NCBI GenBank assembly: GCA_002269645.1
Contig: NIVC01002404.1
Span: 62,001 to 126,000, forward strand
Origin: Macrostomum lignano
Taxonomy: Eukaryota
Direction of reading: 5' to 3'
DNA length: 64,000 bases
Part shown: positions 51,872-64,000 of the stretch, piece after piece
How the letters are laid out: every line of letters begins with the position of its first letter
How positions within the stretch are numbered: the stretch's first letter is position 1
Translations under genes and position numbers: made by a program
The notes under the pieces: model-generated
Told to the model about the DNA's origin: nothing
The model's database searches: none
The model's input: only the letters and a program-made list of their open reading frames with translations

Positions 51872-53627
51872 TCAAGCCTTCGGAATGCCGGCCACAATGC
51901 TGCCCTCAATGCCGCACTCGTTTTTACCGCGCAAAATTTTAAAGAAGCCGTCCAGTCCCCAGTCGGGGTTCCAGGAGTTGGCAACCAGCCAGTACGGCGT
52001 GCTGTTCTCAACGCCCCAGCCCAGGATCTTCACCGCGTGTCCGCCTAGCTCGCCCCCGGTGGTGTGCTGGTACACGCCTGACTTGTAGGACGGAAAGTCG
52101 GCATAGACGGTGAACGCGGCCTCCACTGGCCCGTTGGTCATGATCTCCTTGGCGATGTCGTCCTGCTTGGATGACACCGTGTACACTGAGGCGCCTGTTG
52201 TGCGGTTTGTGGCGGTGAATAGCTCTTGAAAGCGATGGCTGTCTTGATAATAGGAGTCACGGAGCCTCCTATGGCTGCATGCACATAACCTTGGTGTCAC
52301 TGTAACAAGTCTCTTTATTATGACTCCTACTACATCAATTGGTTTCAGTCTCTGCTTTCAGTCAGTTTTGGTGCATATGGATTCAGTGTAGGTGGATGGA
52401 TGAATGGAATAAAGATTATCCTTGTAAGGTTTGCCGCAAACCAAGGTGACATTCGACCGGTAGCCAGAGGAGGGAAACAATGAGGTCACACTCACTCAGA
52501 GTGTACGGTACAGCAGTCCTGACTTCTTGTCTTCCGGCAGTGTACACACTTTTGAGTCAGGTCTATTCCATGTACAGACCCCCCTGATAAGACTCAGATG
52601 GGTCATCTACTTGCTGCCGAACTCACCAAAGTGCTTGTCATTGTTGTAGGTCATGTTGTAGCCGGAGATGCAATCCCTCTTGCACTTGGGCGTTTTGGAG
52701 TCTCCGCTGCACGGCTGGTACTTGCCGGTGGTGTGGTGGTCGCAGTGCGGCAGGCTATAAGGTTGGCAGCCCTGCTTGGTGCCGTACTGCCCGCCGGTGA
52801 CAATGCCGGACTTCTTCCAGTATTGCCAGGCCGACTCCAGGAAGCCGCCGTTGCAGCCCATGCCGCAGGAGAAGCCGCAGCAAGCCAGCAGATCCTCGGC
52901 GCTGAGGTGGACTTGCACCTGTTGTTTGGATAGTATCAGGGTTTTACTGGTTTAAGGCATCAACTTCGATCGAGATGGTTCCGAATGTTCTTTAACTGGT
53001 TCCAACAGGATTCACTACTAATCAAGGCAAAAAATGTTTCTTCATCGATTCCGAGAAGGATTTCTCGATAATTATCAGCTGGACTGACCGAAAATACCTT
53101 TAATGCGATTTAATTTGTTGAGGTTCCGAGATTTCTGCTCAAGTTTAGCAACGCATTGTCCCGGGGACTTCCTGTTCTTAAATATCGCTAACAACTAGGC
53201 TCCAGGAGAGCCTCACCTTGCCGCCGCTGTGAATGCAGTGCCTGTCAGACATGGCCTCCACCGCTCCGAAGGCCCAGCAGGATCCGCAGTTGCTCTGGTC
53301 GCGGACCTCCTGAATAGTCGGACACTTTGGCCACTGGGTTCGCGCGTCGAATTCGGTCGGCAGGTCGCCAATGTCGGAGCCCGGGTAGCTGAGCACGGGA
53401 ATGTCGGGCTTGTTGGGATTGGCGATTACGCCCAGGACTCTGCGCACGTCCGACACGCTGTCGAACCGACTGGTCCGGCCGGCTTGCCAAGTTGTGCCAA
53501 CTTTATTGACGTAGTCGATGAGCTCCTGGGTCAGCGGCTCGTGCATCGGCTTGACGGCCGTCGACTCTTCCCTGGGATAGGCGCTGGATGCCGCGGCCAG
53601 CAAGAGCACAGCAAACACTTTCAGCAT
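51872..53627 (-). CDS. CTSB: Cathepsin B precursor, 3 exons (53627-53217, 52918-52627, 52194-51872)
   Basis: Kozak GCCACCATG, signal peptide, propeptide, catalytic [12 protein letters not shown], occluding loop [29 protein letters not shown]; phases consistent. Confidence 0.97.
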
Positions 53628-54684
53628 GGTGGCGCAATAGTTTCTATGGACTAGTGGACACGCTTAAAGCTTGATTATTCTTCACACAACCTTCCGAGAG
53701 TTGTCTTTTATGCGCCAGAATGTTTTGAAGTTTCTGAGCCACTGCTTTATCGGTATCGGGATTAGTCACTCTCGCTTTCTTGAATACTGAGCCCTCGCTG
53801 TGCCACCCTGGAGACGCGTCACGCCTGCACCAGCAGGGCCTCCTCGCGACTTGCCGATTGATAAGAGACTATCTGATTGATTGTGCTTTCATGGCAAGGC
53901 CATTGGGTGCCCACTTGGCCTGCCTGTATCGGCTTGGATCACATACAGATAAGCGAGATAGTGACCTCTGCCCCGGCCCTTTTCTTGATTTTCTCTTTCT
54001 CAAAGGTGGTAAAGCTCACAAAAATTGAAAAAGAAAAACTTTCTTGAACGGGAAATTTTTCTATCGTCGTAGTATAGAAGTATACTATAATTAAAAAAGC
54101 CTATAAAATTCGAATATCGACGTTGAACTGGCTCCCCCGGGGCCGCATGTCTCCGGTGGAGAATACGGGCGGAAAGTTGCGCTGTTCATCGGGCGCGCGC
54201 AAGGCGACCCCCCGCGCTGGGTGGCTCTTCGTATAGAAAGAAGGCTTAGCCTATTTCTGTTCGTTTTGCCACAAAAAATTCTCTCATGGCACGCATCTGG
54301 GTCGTCGCCCTGTTCAGACTTGAACTGAATTCTCGCCAGCCCCCACGCGCCACTCGCTTTCTCTGTGAAAGTTGCAGGCCGCGCCTGCGCTGCGCTGCGA
54401 ATCGCAGTTTCAACTTTGCTGTATTGCTGGGCGCCTGCATGCGAAAACTCCTAAGAAAGTCTTAGTTTAGCGCTCCCATTGATTATATAGACATCCTTCA
54501 CTACGCCAATATGGTTCGCTTCAACCTAAAGATGTGATAGTGTTGGCACAATGTCTATATCAATGCAAGTTGAATCAATCAGTTTTAGGAAATTTCATGT
54601 ACTTATGTACCCAGTGTAAACTGCTTGAAGCACTGTTTCTTAGGATATGACATAGACAAGTAACAGTCACTTTCCACTGACAAC

Positions 54685-55278
54685 TGCTTGCGCATCTGAA
54701 GGCTGTGTATGGCTGTTCAGTCCAAGGACTGTAAGGTCGCCACAAACACCCACAATTACCCCAGCTAAAGCTAGCACCCGCCTAAGGTGGCGTCGCCATT
54801 GATTTTATGGTGGGGGGACAAAGCCAAGAATTCTACATTTACATGTACATGACTTTCAGAATCGGTGCCGTCAGCGCTCATTTTGGCGCCGCAGTCACTC
54901 ATTCTGGCGCCGCAGTCTCTCATTTTAGCGCCACAGGCACTCATTTTGGCACCGCAGGCACTCATTTTAGCGCCGCAGGCACTCATTTTAGCGCCGCAGG
55001 CGCTATATTTTGTCACCCTTGAAGCAAAATTGCAAAATTATTGATTTCCATAACGGGTCACAAGGTTGCGTAGGGTGAACAAAGCATTGGCTTGTCCCCC
55101 CATAGCTTTTACTGGGGTGGGGGGACATGTCCCCCGTGTCCCTCCGGTGGCGACGCCCCTGGAAGCAATGCAGAGCCAAGTGTCCTGCTCAAGGACACAA
55201 ACTGTTCCGAGTTGAGTCGAGAATCGAACCCCCGACCTTTCAGTCGTGAGTCCGACGCCCTAACCACGAGGCTGCAAC
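54685..55278 (-). mobile_element. tRNA-derived SINE, copy 3, split by a ~380-bp insertion
   Basis: The head (box A/B) lies at 55162-55278 and the 3' body at 54685-54779; the joined sequence matches copy 2 minus ~20 nt. Confidence 0.88.
54780..55161. mobile_element. MITE-like insert with GGCGTCGCCA termini and an internal 21-bp tandem repeat
   Basis: GGCGTCGCCA at ~54789-54798 and TGGCGACGCC at ~55148-55157; inverted GGGGGACA(A)AGCCA subterminal motif; about 6 units of GCACTCATTTTAGCGCCGCAG inside; no TSD seen. Confidence 0.65.
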
Positions 55279-56549
55279 CGAATGCAGATGCTCTCAATAG
55301 GTAATCGTAAACCAAATGGCCAAGTATTGACTTAAAGGCTTGCAGGAGTTTTTCCCCAACTACAAGCGTACTGCTTGGAGTCCGTCTTCGAACTGAGAAA
55401 TCGACTCTGGCGTTTTGAATAATCCTGCTGTCAAGCTTGAACTTTGCATGACGTGGCCAAATAACTTGAAACTTGAACCAACTAATTTTTAATTAGCTCG
55501 CTCTCGTTCAACTTCATGGAAAGGCAAAAAAGCTCATTTAGCTTTGCGCAATTAGGATATTATAATTTTTAGTGAAATTGCACTTGAAAACAGGCATTTG
55601 CTGCTCGCTAGGGCTTGCGCCAATTTCGCATGGGTGGAAAGCAATTCCAATCGAAACGAGAACAACCCGAAAGACGCAATTCCTCAATGCAATCATTCTG
55701 CAAAAAAGAGCGACCGAGCGAGGTATGCATCGGGTGCATGGGCCTTTTTTACCCCGCCCGCCCCCTTCGAATGTTGTCGGCCTGCATGAGCTGCAGTGGC
55801 TTGGGCTGTCTTGTAGCGATTTCGGTCGTCACCAAAAAATGAAGCCCCACCAACAAGCTATAGCTTTAGCATCAAGAAGCAGAGCTGGTGCGCCTGGATT
55901 GGCCTGAACAGACGCGCAGACGGACGGAGAACGCAGAGAGAGAGAGCGTTCGTTCTCTCTGCGCAGTTGGAATTTAGCTAGGCCAATTGGAAACTCCCAG
56001 CTTGATTCCAGCATTTCTCATGAGAGGAGAGAAATAAAGAAAAGTCGAATATAGATACACAGCGCCGGGTGCCCATATAATGGGCCAATCTCTCCTACTT
56101 ATAATACCAGGTCTATGGAGCTTTTTTGCGCCCCCACTCTGTGCGCGCTCGATTTCAAACTTAGCAACCTCCCTTCCTTCATAGTTTGCATTCCCATGCT
56201 TTCCATTCCTGCCTGGAAGAAAGGCAAACCAGCTAAGAGGCAATTAGAGCAGCAGAGGGACTGAGCTGGTTGGCTGCTCCCGGCGCAGCTTGGCTACACA
56301 AGGCGCCTTTTTAAAAGGCCGCCCCTTCCTCAGTCTGCTCGGCCACTTGCTGGTAAACCCACTCGCCTTGACGACCAGCCTTGTAGCTTCCCTAGCTAGT
56401 GCCCTGTAGGATTCGTGCTTGCAACTTTACCGCACTGGAGACGGCTGCTATTTTTATTTATTAAAATACAGCAGCCGGGCTGCAGATTGTAAGCCATTCT
56501 ACAGTGTACAAGCGGGACGCTGAGCTCTTCGAACCTGACAACTGCCCAG

Positions 56550-57290
56550 CCCTGTGGGATCACTGTGAATCTGATCTTTGTGATCACTGTGACAGCCCAC
56601 GTGTGATCACTGTGAATCTGATCTTTGTGATCACTGTGACAGCCCACGTGTGATCACTGTGAATCTGATCTTTGTGATCACTGTGACACAGCCCATGTGT
56701 GATCAATGTGAATCTGATCTTTGTGATCACTGTGACACAGCCCATGTGTGATCAATGTGAATCTGATCTTTGTGATCACTGTGACACAGCCCATGTGTGA
56801 TCAATGTGAATCTGCTCTTTGGGATCACTGTGACACCGCTCATGTGTGATCAATGTGAATCCGATCTTTGTGATCACGGTGACACAGCCATTTGTGATCA
56901 ATGTGAATCCGATCTTTGTGATCATAGTGACAGCTCATGTGTGATCAATGTGAATCCGCTCTTTGGGATCACTGTGACAGTCCATGTGTGATCAATGTGA
57001 ATCTGATCTTTGCGATCACTGTGACACAGCCCATGTGTGATCAATGTGAATCCGATCTTTGTGATCACGGTGACACAGCTCATTTGTTATCAATGTGAAT
57101 CCGCTCTTTGTGATCACGGTGACACAGCCAATGTGTGATCAATGTGAATCTGATCTTTGTGATAACTGTAACAGCCCACGTGTCATCAATGTGAATCCGC
57201 TTTTTTATCACTATGACACAGCCCACGTGTGATCAATGAATCCGATCTTTGTGATCACTGTGACACAGCCTGTGTGATCCACTGTCACAG
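56550..57290. repeat. ~46-49-bp minisatellite (GTGTGATCAATGTGAATCTGATCTTTGTGATCACTGTGACACAGCCCAT)
   Basis: About 15 variant units with TGATCA palindromes. Confidence 0.93.
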
Positions 57291-58335
57291 TGCTGTTTGA
57301 TCCGTGTCACTGTTCTGTGTGACCAATCTGACAGGAGATTTAAAAGAATCGGAGTTACCCTATTAGTCAGTTACTAAAGAATCACCATGAGGACATCAAA
57401 CTAAAGAAAAATGGCAAACCATTCCCAAATACTTTTAAGTGCCATAACACAGGATTCAAAAACAATAATCTAAACGGACACATATATTTCAGACAGGACA
57501 ATACGGAAGAGACATTGCTAAGCGGTGAATTGAAGTTTTTCTACTGGATCGCGGCAGCAGCAACAGCAACAGACTAAAGCAACAAAAAAAGCGTCAAAAA
57601 ACTTATCAATTGTTTAAAAAATAGGTTTAGTGGCTTATTGCAGTCTACTAGAACGCAAGTCTAGTCAGTAGTGATAATCGAATTGGAACTGCTAAATAGA
57701 AGGAATCCGTCGAAAAATGATAAAATCGATTGTGTAAAATAAATCTGATAAAAATCAAAGCAGTTGAAGACTCATTCAACTAATTAACTATTCGTTAGTG
57801 TCGGAAAGTAAAGCATTAAAGTTTGCTTGATTAGAACATTAAAATACCAAAATTAATAAGTTGAAGGTATTTAAAAACACGAATGACTAGCTAATTATGT
57901 CGGATTGCACTGAGTCACTGAATTATTGATTTTTAAAACAACAAAAATACTAGATAATAGAAGAATGATGCGTTCAAAAAATAGAACGGAAAAACAAAAA
58001 ACGAGCTATGAAAACCATAAATTGCGCCCGCTAACAGTGCCTGGCAATGGGAGTCAGCTGGGCCGCTGTTACACCCTGTACAGGGAACTCGGGAGACATG
58101 GAGGTGACAGCAGGAAACTTTCTTGTGTTCCAACAAATTTGAAAGAAACTGATGCCATTTTAAAACTCATGTCAAGTCGTGACGGATTTATCCAGCTTTA
58201 AATTGAGTCCAAGCTTCTCAAATTAGTTCTTGTCTCCTGAGTTCCCTGCTCAGCGGGTCACCGCGGAATGGATCCGAAGGTTTCTCCAGTCAAGTAGCAA
58301 AATAGCCAACTAAATTGTAGACTCGTTCATTTTCT

Positions 58336-58571
58336 GGCTATGTTAAACATTTCTTACATAGCGAGATGGCTATGTTAAACATTTCTTACATAGCGAGATG
58401 GCTATGTTAAACATTTCTTACATAGCGAGATGGCTATGTTAAACATTTCTTACATAGCGAGATGGCTATGTTAAACATTTCTTACATAGCGAGATGGCTA
58501 TGTTAAACATTTCTTACATAGCGAGATGGCTATGTTAAACATTTCTTACATAGCGAGATGGCTATGTTAAA
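58336..58571. repeat. 32-bp hairpin-forming minisatellite (ATGGCTATGTTAAACATTTCTTACATAGCGAG)
   Basis: About 7 identical contiguous units, each with GCTATGT/ACATAGC inverted arms. Confidence 0.95.
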
Positions 58572-58961
58572 CCTGAGTTAGATGTTGTGCTACTTGACTG
58601 GAGTTAACTTATAGAACCGATCAGTTTACACCTCTGTTATCTGGGCCTAGTTAATTATACAATCAAGACAAATAATTATTCCTTGTTAAATATTGAACAA
58701 TTAGCTAAATTATTAAGAGAAACGCAGACACTGCACAATAGTCAAATTATCATTGTCTAAAAATTCACAATTCTACTGCATAAAAATTCCGTTTATTAAA
58801 ATCAAGAACCACGCGCACACTACTTGCCTAGTGAAATGTTTACAATTCAACTTCAACATGATATTTTTGCAACAAAAACCAGCTGCAATAACTTTGCAAA
58901 AAACTTCTTTTAGTTCAATCTCTTCTGTTAGATGCCTCTCGCACTGATTTATTCTGTCATC

Positions 58962-61900
58962 TCACTGCGACAGCGTTTTCAGCACATTGTGCACCTCCTC
59001 GGCTATGGCGGACACCACAAACTCGAATTGATCCTGGAATGCATTGAAACATAACAAGGAGCTACAGTCAGGTGTCAGAGCTACAGTCAGGTGTCAGCTA
59101 CAGTCAGGTGTCAGCTACAGTCAGGTGTCAGAGCTACAGTCAGTCAGGTGTCAGAGCTACAGTCAGGTGTCAGAGCTACAGTCAGGTGTCAGAGCTACAG
59201 TCAGGTGTCAGAGCTACAGTCAGGTGTCAGAGCTACAGTCAGTCAGGTGTCAGAGCTACAGTCAGGTGTCAGAGCTACAGTCAGGTGTCAGAGCTACAGT
59301 CAGGTGTCAGAGCTACAGTCAGGTGTCAGAGCTACAGTCAGTCAGGTGTCAGAGCTACAGTCAGGTGTCAGAGCTACAGTCAGGTGTCAGAGCTACAGTC
59401 AGGTGTCAGAGCTACAGTCAGTCAGGTGTCAGAGCTACAGTCAGGTGTCAGAGCTACAGTCAGGTGTCAGAGCTACAGTCAGGTGTCAGAGCTACAGTCA
59501 GTCAGGTGTCAGAGCTACAGTCAGGTGTCAGAGCTACAGTCAGGTGTCAGAGCTACAGTCAGGTGTCAGAGCTACAGTCAGGTGTCAGAGCTACAGTCAG
59601 GTGTCAGAGCTACAGTCAGGTGTCAGAGCTACAGTCAGGTGTCAGAGCTACAGTCAGTCAGGTGTCAGAGCTGCAGACAGGTGTCAGAGCTACAGTCAGG
59701 TGTCAGAGCTACAGTCAGGTGTCAGAGCTACAGTCAGGTGTCAGAGCTACAGTCAGGTGTCAGAGCTACAGTCAGGTGTCAGAGCTACAGTCAGGTGTCA
59801 GAGCTACAGTCAGGTGTCAGAGCTACAGTCAGGTGTCAGAGCTACAGTCAGTCAGGTGTCAGAGCTACAGTCAGGTGTCAGCTACAGTCAGGTGTCAGCT
59901 ACAGTCAGGTGTCAGAGCTACAGTCAGGTGTCAGAGCTACAGTCAGGTGTCAGAGCTACAGTCAGGTGTCAGAGCTACAGTCAGTCAGGTGTCAGAGCTA
60001 CAGTCAGGTGTCAGAGCTACAGTCAGGTGTCAGCTACAGTCAGGTGTCAGAGCTACAGTCAGGTGTCAGAGCTACAGTCAGGTGTCAGAGCTACAGTCAG
60101 GTGTCAGAGCTACAGTCAGGTGTCAGAGCTACAGTCAGTCAGGTGTCAGAGCTGCAGTCAGGTGTCAGAGCTACAGTCAGGTGTCAGAGCTACAGTCAGT
60201 CAGGTGTCAGAGCTACAGTCAGGTGTCAGCTACAGTCAGGTGTCAGCTACAGTCAGGTGTCAGAGCTACAGTCAGGTGTCAGAGCTACAGTCAGGTGTCA
60301 GAGCTACAGTCAGGTGTCAGAGCTACAGTCAGTCAGGTGTCAGAGCTACAGTCAGGTGTCAGAGCTACAGTCAGGTGTCAGAGCTACAGTCAGGTGTCAG
60401 AGCTACAGTCAGGTGTCAGAGCTACAGTCAGTCAGGTGTCAGAGCTACAGTCAGGTGTCAGAGCTACAGTCAGTCAGGTGTCAGAGCTACAGTCAGGTGT
60501 CAGAGCTACAGTCAGGTGTCAGAGCTACAGTCAGGTGTCAGAGCTACAGTCAGGTGTCAGAGCTACAGTCAGGTGTCAGAGCTACAGTCAGGTGTCAGAG
60601 CTACAGTCAGTCAGGTGTCAGAGCTACAGTCAGGTGTCAGCTACAGTCAGGTGTCAGAGCTACAGTCAGGTGTCAGGGCTACAGTCAGGTGTCAGAGCTA
60701 CAGTCAGGTGTCAGAGCTGCAGTCAGGTGTGAGAGCTCACCCGAGTCTTGACCAGTCCCGCCCGCTGGTCCCGCAGGTGCTCCAGGCTGGCGGCCAGGTC
60801 GATCTCCTTGACGCCTTTGGCGATGCGGCCGAGTGCCAGGTCCAGCAGGCAGTAGGTGCCGGACCGGCCGCAGCCGTCGCTACAGTGAACCACTAGCGGG
60901 GTGGCCCGGCCCTTGTAGGACTTGTTCACCTTGCTGGCAAAGCCATTCGGGATAATGGGAAATAGAAATTTTCAAATCCTTTGTAACATAGAAAACCATT
61001 TGAAAAAAGTAGAGAGCAATGGAAACTTGGAAATCATAGAAAATAATAAATATTTAATAACAAACATAGCATCGAACTCAAACTTAAATTATCAAACCAT
61101 CAAACTGGGATTAATAAATCATGGCACTCGAATAATTATATCCACAAAATTGGATAATCATCTTTCTTACCAAGATTTGATAATCATATCATCAAAGCAT
61201 ATCATCACACTTGGAGTATCATAACATCACACTTATACAGTTAGACAGTTGTATCATCACACTTAGATAATCATGTCATCACACTTGGATAATCATATCA
61301 TCACACTTGGATAATCATATCATCACACTTAAATAATCATATCATCACACTTGGATAATCATATCATCACACTTGAATAATCATATCATCACACTTGGAT
61401 AATCATATCATCACACTTGGATAATCATATCATCACACTTGGATAATCATATCATCACACTTAAATAATCATATCATCACGCTTCGATAATCATTTCATC
61501 AAGCTTGGATAATCATACCATCACACTTGGATAATCATGTCATCACACTTGGATAATCATACCATCACACTTAGATAATCATGTCATCACACTTGGATAA
61601 TCATACCATCACACTTGGATAATCATATCATCACACTTAGATTAATCATATCATCACACTTGAACAATCACATCATCACGCTTGGACACTCAAACAAGTC
61701 TCTCACCGCCGGAAGTCCAGCAAAGCCTTGGCGCTGCTCGGCAGGCCGGCCTCCTCCCAGGCCAGGAAGTGGAACATGGTCACGGTGCGGGCCTCCCCGG
61801 TGCCGACATTCTTCAGGTAGAAATTGCGAACAATGAAATCTTCGAACCAGACGTGCTCGGACACCAGATGGACCTGCAGCAGGTTGAGTGACAGATTTTG

Positions 61901-64000
61901 TTTATTGCAAGCCTGTGACAAGGGACTGCTGAATAGAAGACTGTACATCAATAGATGGGAATGGTGAATCACTATCAGTGAATGGTGAATCACTATCAGT
62001 GAATGGTTAATTACTATCAGTGAATGATGAGCCGCAATTAGTGAATAGTGAATGACTTATCAGTGAATGATGAGCCACAATTAGTGAAAAGTGAATGACT
62101 ATCAATGAATGGCAAATCACTATCAGTGAATATTGAATCACTATCAATGAATGGTGAATCACTATCAGTGAATGGTGAATCAATATCAATGAATGGTGAA
62201 TCACTATCAATGAATGGCAAATCACAATCAGTGAATGGTGAATCACTATCAGTGAATGGTGAATCACTATCAGTGAATGGTGAATCACTATCAGTGAATG
62301 GTGAATCACTATCAGTGAATGGTGAATCACTATCAATGAATGGTGAATCACTATCAATGAATGGCAAATCACTATCAGTGAATGTCCGTGAACAGCCCAG
62401 CAGCATCACAGTCACCTCACCTCGAACTTGTTGAACAGCCGGGACCCCTCGGCAGGCCAGTACATGGTGCACAGGTCGCCGCCACAGTCAGCCCCGCCCA
62501 GACCGGTGAGGTTAACAATGGCCACAGAGCCGCATTCCCACACCATCTGCCAGAAATCTGGCGCAGTGGACTCCATGGGGCCCTGGGTGAGAATGTAGGC
62601 CTTGGTTTTGGGATCCGAGTCGTAGATATAGCTGGCGTTGATGTAGTCACCGCCTGAGGCGCTGTGCTCCGGGTTCAGCTTCACTCGCGAGTGATCGTCT
62701 GAATGGGGTAGGGGTTCAAGCGATTGCGTAATCACATGAGCGGAATGAGTGACAGAGCCTGAAGCCTGAAGGCCTAAAATAGAAGTCCTGAAGACCCAGA
62801 TGGGAGCCTTAAAAGACCCCTTTCGAGCCAGCCCTGAACACCCCAGACTGATGCCAGCCTTGAAAACCCAAGACTGATGCCAGCCCTGAACGCCACAGAC
62901 TGATGCCAGCCCTGAACACCCAGACTGAAGCCAGCCCTGAACACCCCAGACTGATGCAAGCCCTGAACGCCCCAGACTGAAGCCAGCCCTGAAAACCCAA
63001 GACTGATGCCAGCCCTGAACACCCCAGACTGAAGCCAGCCCTGAAAACCCAAGACTGATGCCAGCCCTGAACACCCCAGACTGAAGCCAGCCCTGAAAAC
63101 CCAAGACTGATGCCAGCCCTGAACACCCCAGACTGAAGCCAGCCCTGAACACCCCAGGCTGAAGCTAGCCCTGAACACCCCAGACTGAAGCCAGCCCTGA
63201 ACACCCCAGGCTAAAGCCAGCCCTGAACACCCCAGGCTGAAGCCAGCTCTCTAAGTATTCATACTGTAGCACTGAAGGATCACATTGAAACCCTGAGGCA
63301 TCATACTAGAAGCTTGAATCCTGAGCATCCCAGACACAATTCGACTCACAGGGCAGCAGGTCCTGGTATCGATTCTTAGCCGCATTCTCGGGAGTAGCGC
63401 CAACGGCAGAAGACCTCTGCTCAGCCTCGTAGGAGCACAGGTCGGCCCACTCCTGCTCAAGTTTCTCCTTGTTATTGAGGTAGTTCTCCATGTAGTTCTG
63501 GTAATTTCAAATTTTGCTCAAGCGGTGAATAAACAATGAAACTTTTAACACTTGAAGCTATATATGAAAATTTAACCAACAGACTACTCACTAGAATCAG
63601 GTGGCCAGTAGTAATGTCCATGTCTGTAGTTATCGGATCGTCGCTCCTGTTAGTTTTTTATATATTAAAATCAAATATAATTAAATGATTGGCAGGTTAA
63701 TTAACTAAATTACAAATTTCACGAATCTATTGAGAAATTATTGATTGAAAATCATCAAAGAAATTTGTTATTGCCGACAAATAAAACCAAACATATTGTT
63801 GTGTAATTATGTCTGATCATAAAAATGATAGAAAAACCAATTACCTGACAGGCTGTAATTATAATTTAGCTAACAGTCTATAATTGGACCAGATTTACCT
63901 AGGCTGGATTATTATTTTGCCAACATTGGCTGGCGCTATGACATGTCCGAAGTTGAGAGCCTGCTGCTGATGACTAGGGCTGTAGGCGGTATTGACAGAT
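58962..64000 (-). CDS. PTPRN: Receptor-type tyrosine phosphatase-like N (IA-2/phogrin), 3' portion
   Basis: Exons >=63980-63899, 63646-63592 ([12 protein letters not shown]), 63497-63350 ([26 protein letters not shown]), 62698-62421 ([26 protein letters not shown]), 61873-61707 ([29 protein letters not shown]), 60933-60741 ([29 protein letters not shown]), 59033-58962 ([19 protein letters not shown]). HCSDG is diagnostic of IA-2. Confidence 0.95.
59062..60730. repeat. 19-bp minisatellite (GTCAGGTGTCAGAGCTACA) filling the last PTPRN intron
   Basis: About 85 units with occasional extra GTCA or missing AG. Confidence 0.98.
61190..61690. repeat. 22-bp minisatellite (GGATAATCATATCATCACACTT), PTPRN intron
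   Basis: About 20 units. Confidence 0.95.
61955..62385. repeat. 21-bp minisatellite (ATCAGTGAATGGTGAATCACT), PTPRN intron
   Basis: About 18 units. Confidence 0.95.
62826..63248. repeat. 26-bp minisatellite (GCCAGCCCTGAACACCCCAGACTGAA/T), PTPRN intron
   Basis: About 16 units. Confidence 0.95.

Noticed and set aside
58081-58248. 168-bp segment with 18-bp imperfect TIRs (CAGGGAACTC(G/A)GGAGACA)
   Set aside because: Probably a small MITE, but with no TSD and only one copy here it is not supported well enough to call.
59044-60896. Three 560-600-aa plus-strand ORFs
   Set aside because: They are translations of the 19-bp minisatellite, antisense to a PTPRN intron.

Overview
This window is eukaryotic (metazoan) genomic DNA. 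GC-rich exons, GT-AG introns packed with mini- and microsatellites, and TTAGGG-like repeats suggest a free-living flatworm such as Macrostomum; this is inference only. Host genes: an NWD1/NWD2-like NACHT-WD40 gene (-, at least 13 exons, runs off the left edge); a FAM161-like gene (+, 8 exons); an intronless cholesterol 25-hydroxylase-like gene (-); a neuropeptide precursor ending in a urotensin-II/somatostatin-like cyclic peptide (-); an intronless 323-aa helical protein with an ApoL/alpha-pore-forming-toxin-like hydrophobic hairpin (+); LRRC57 (+); cathepsin B (-); and the 3' half of an IA-2/PTPRN gene (-). Mobile DNA: three copies of a tRNA-derived SINE; Tc1, mariner and copia remnants; TIR elements with clear target-site duplications; an intron-containing Crypton-type tyrosine recombinase interrupted by a hAT MITE; and Penelope-type hammerhead ribozyme motifs (an inverted pair at 39 kb and two truncated copies inside a 2.7-kb GATA array). 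Best leads: the UII/SST-like peptide, the hammerhead-bearing units, the toxin-like ORF bracketed by inverted coding fragments, the near-intact Crypton, and minisatellites that supply or mimic splice sites. All calls were made by eye; exon boundaries are manual predictions and no database searches were run.
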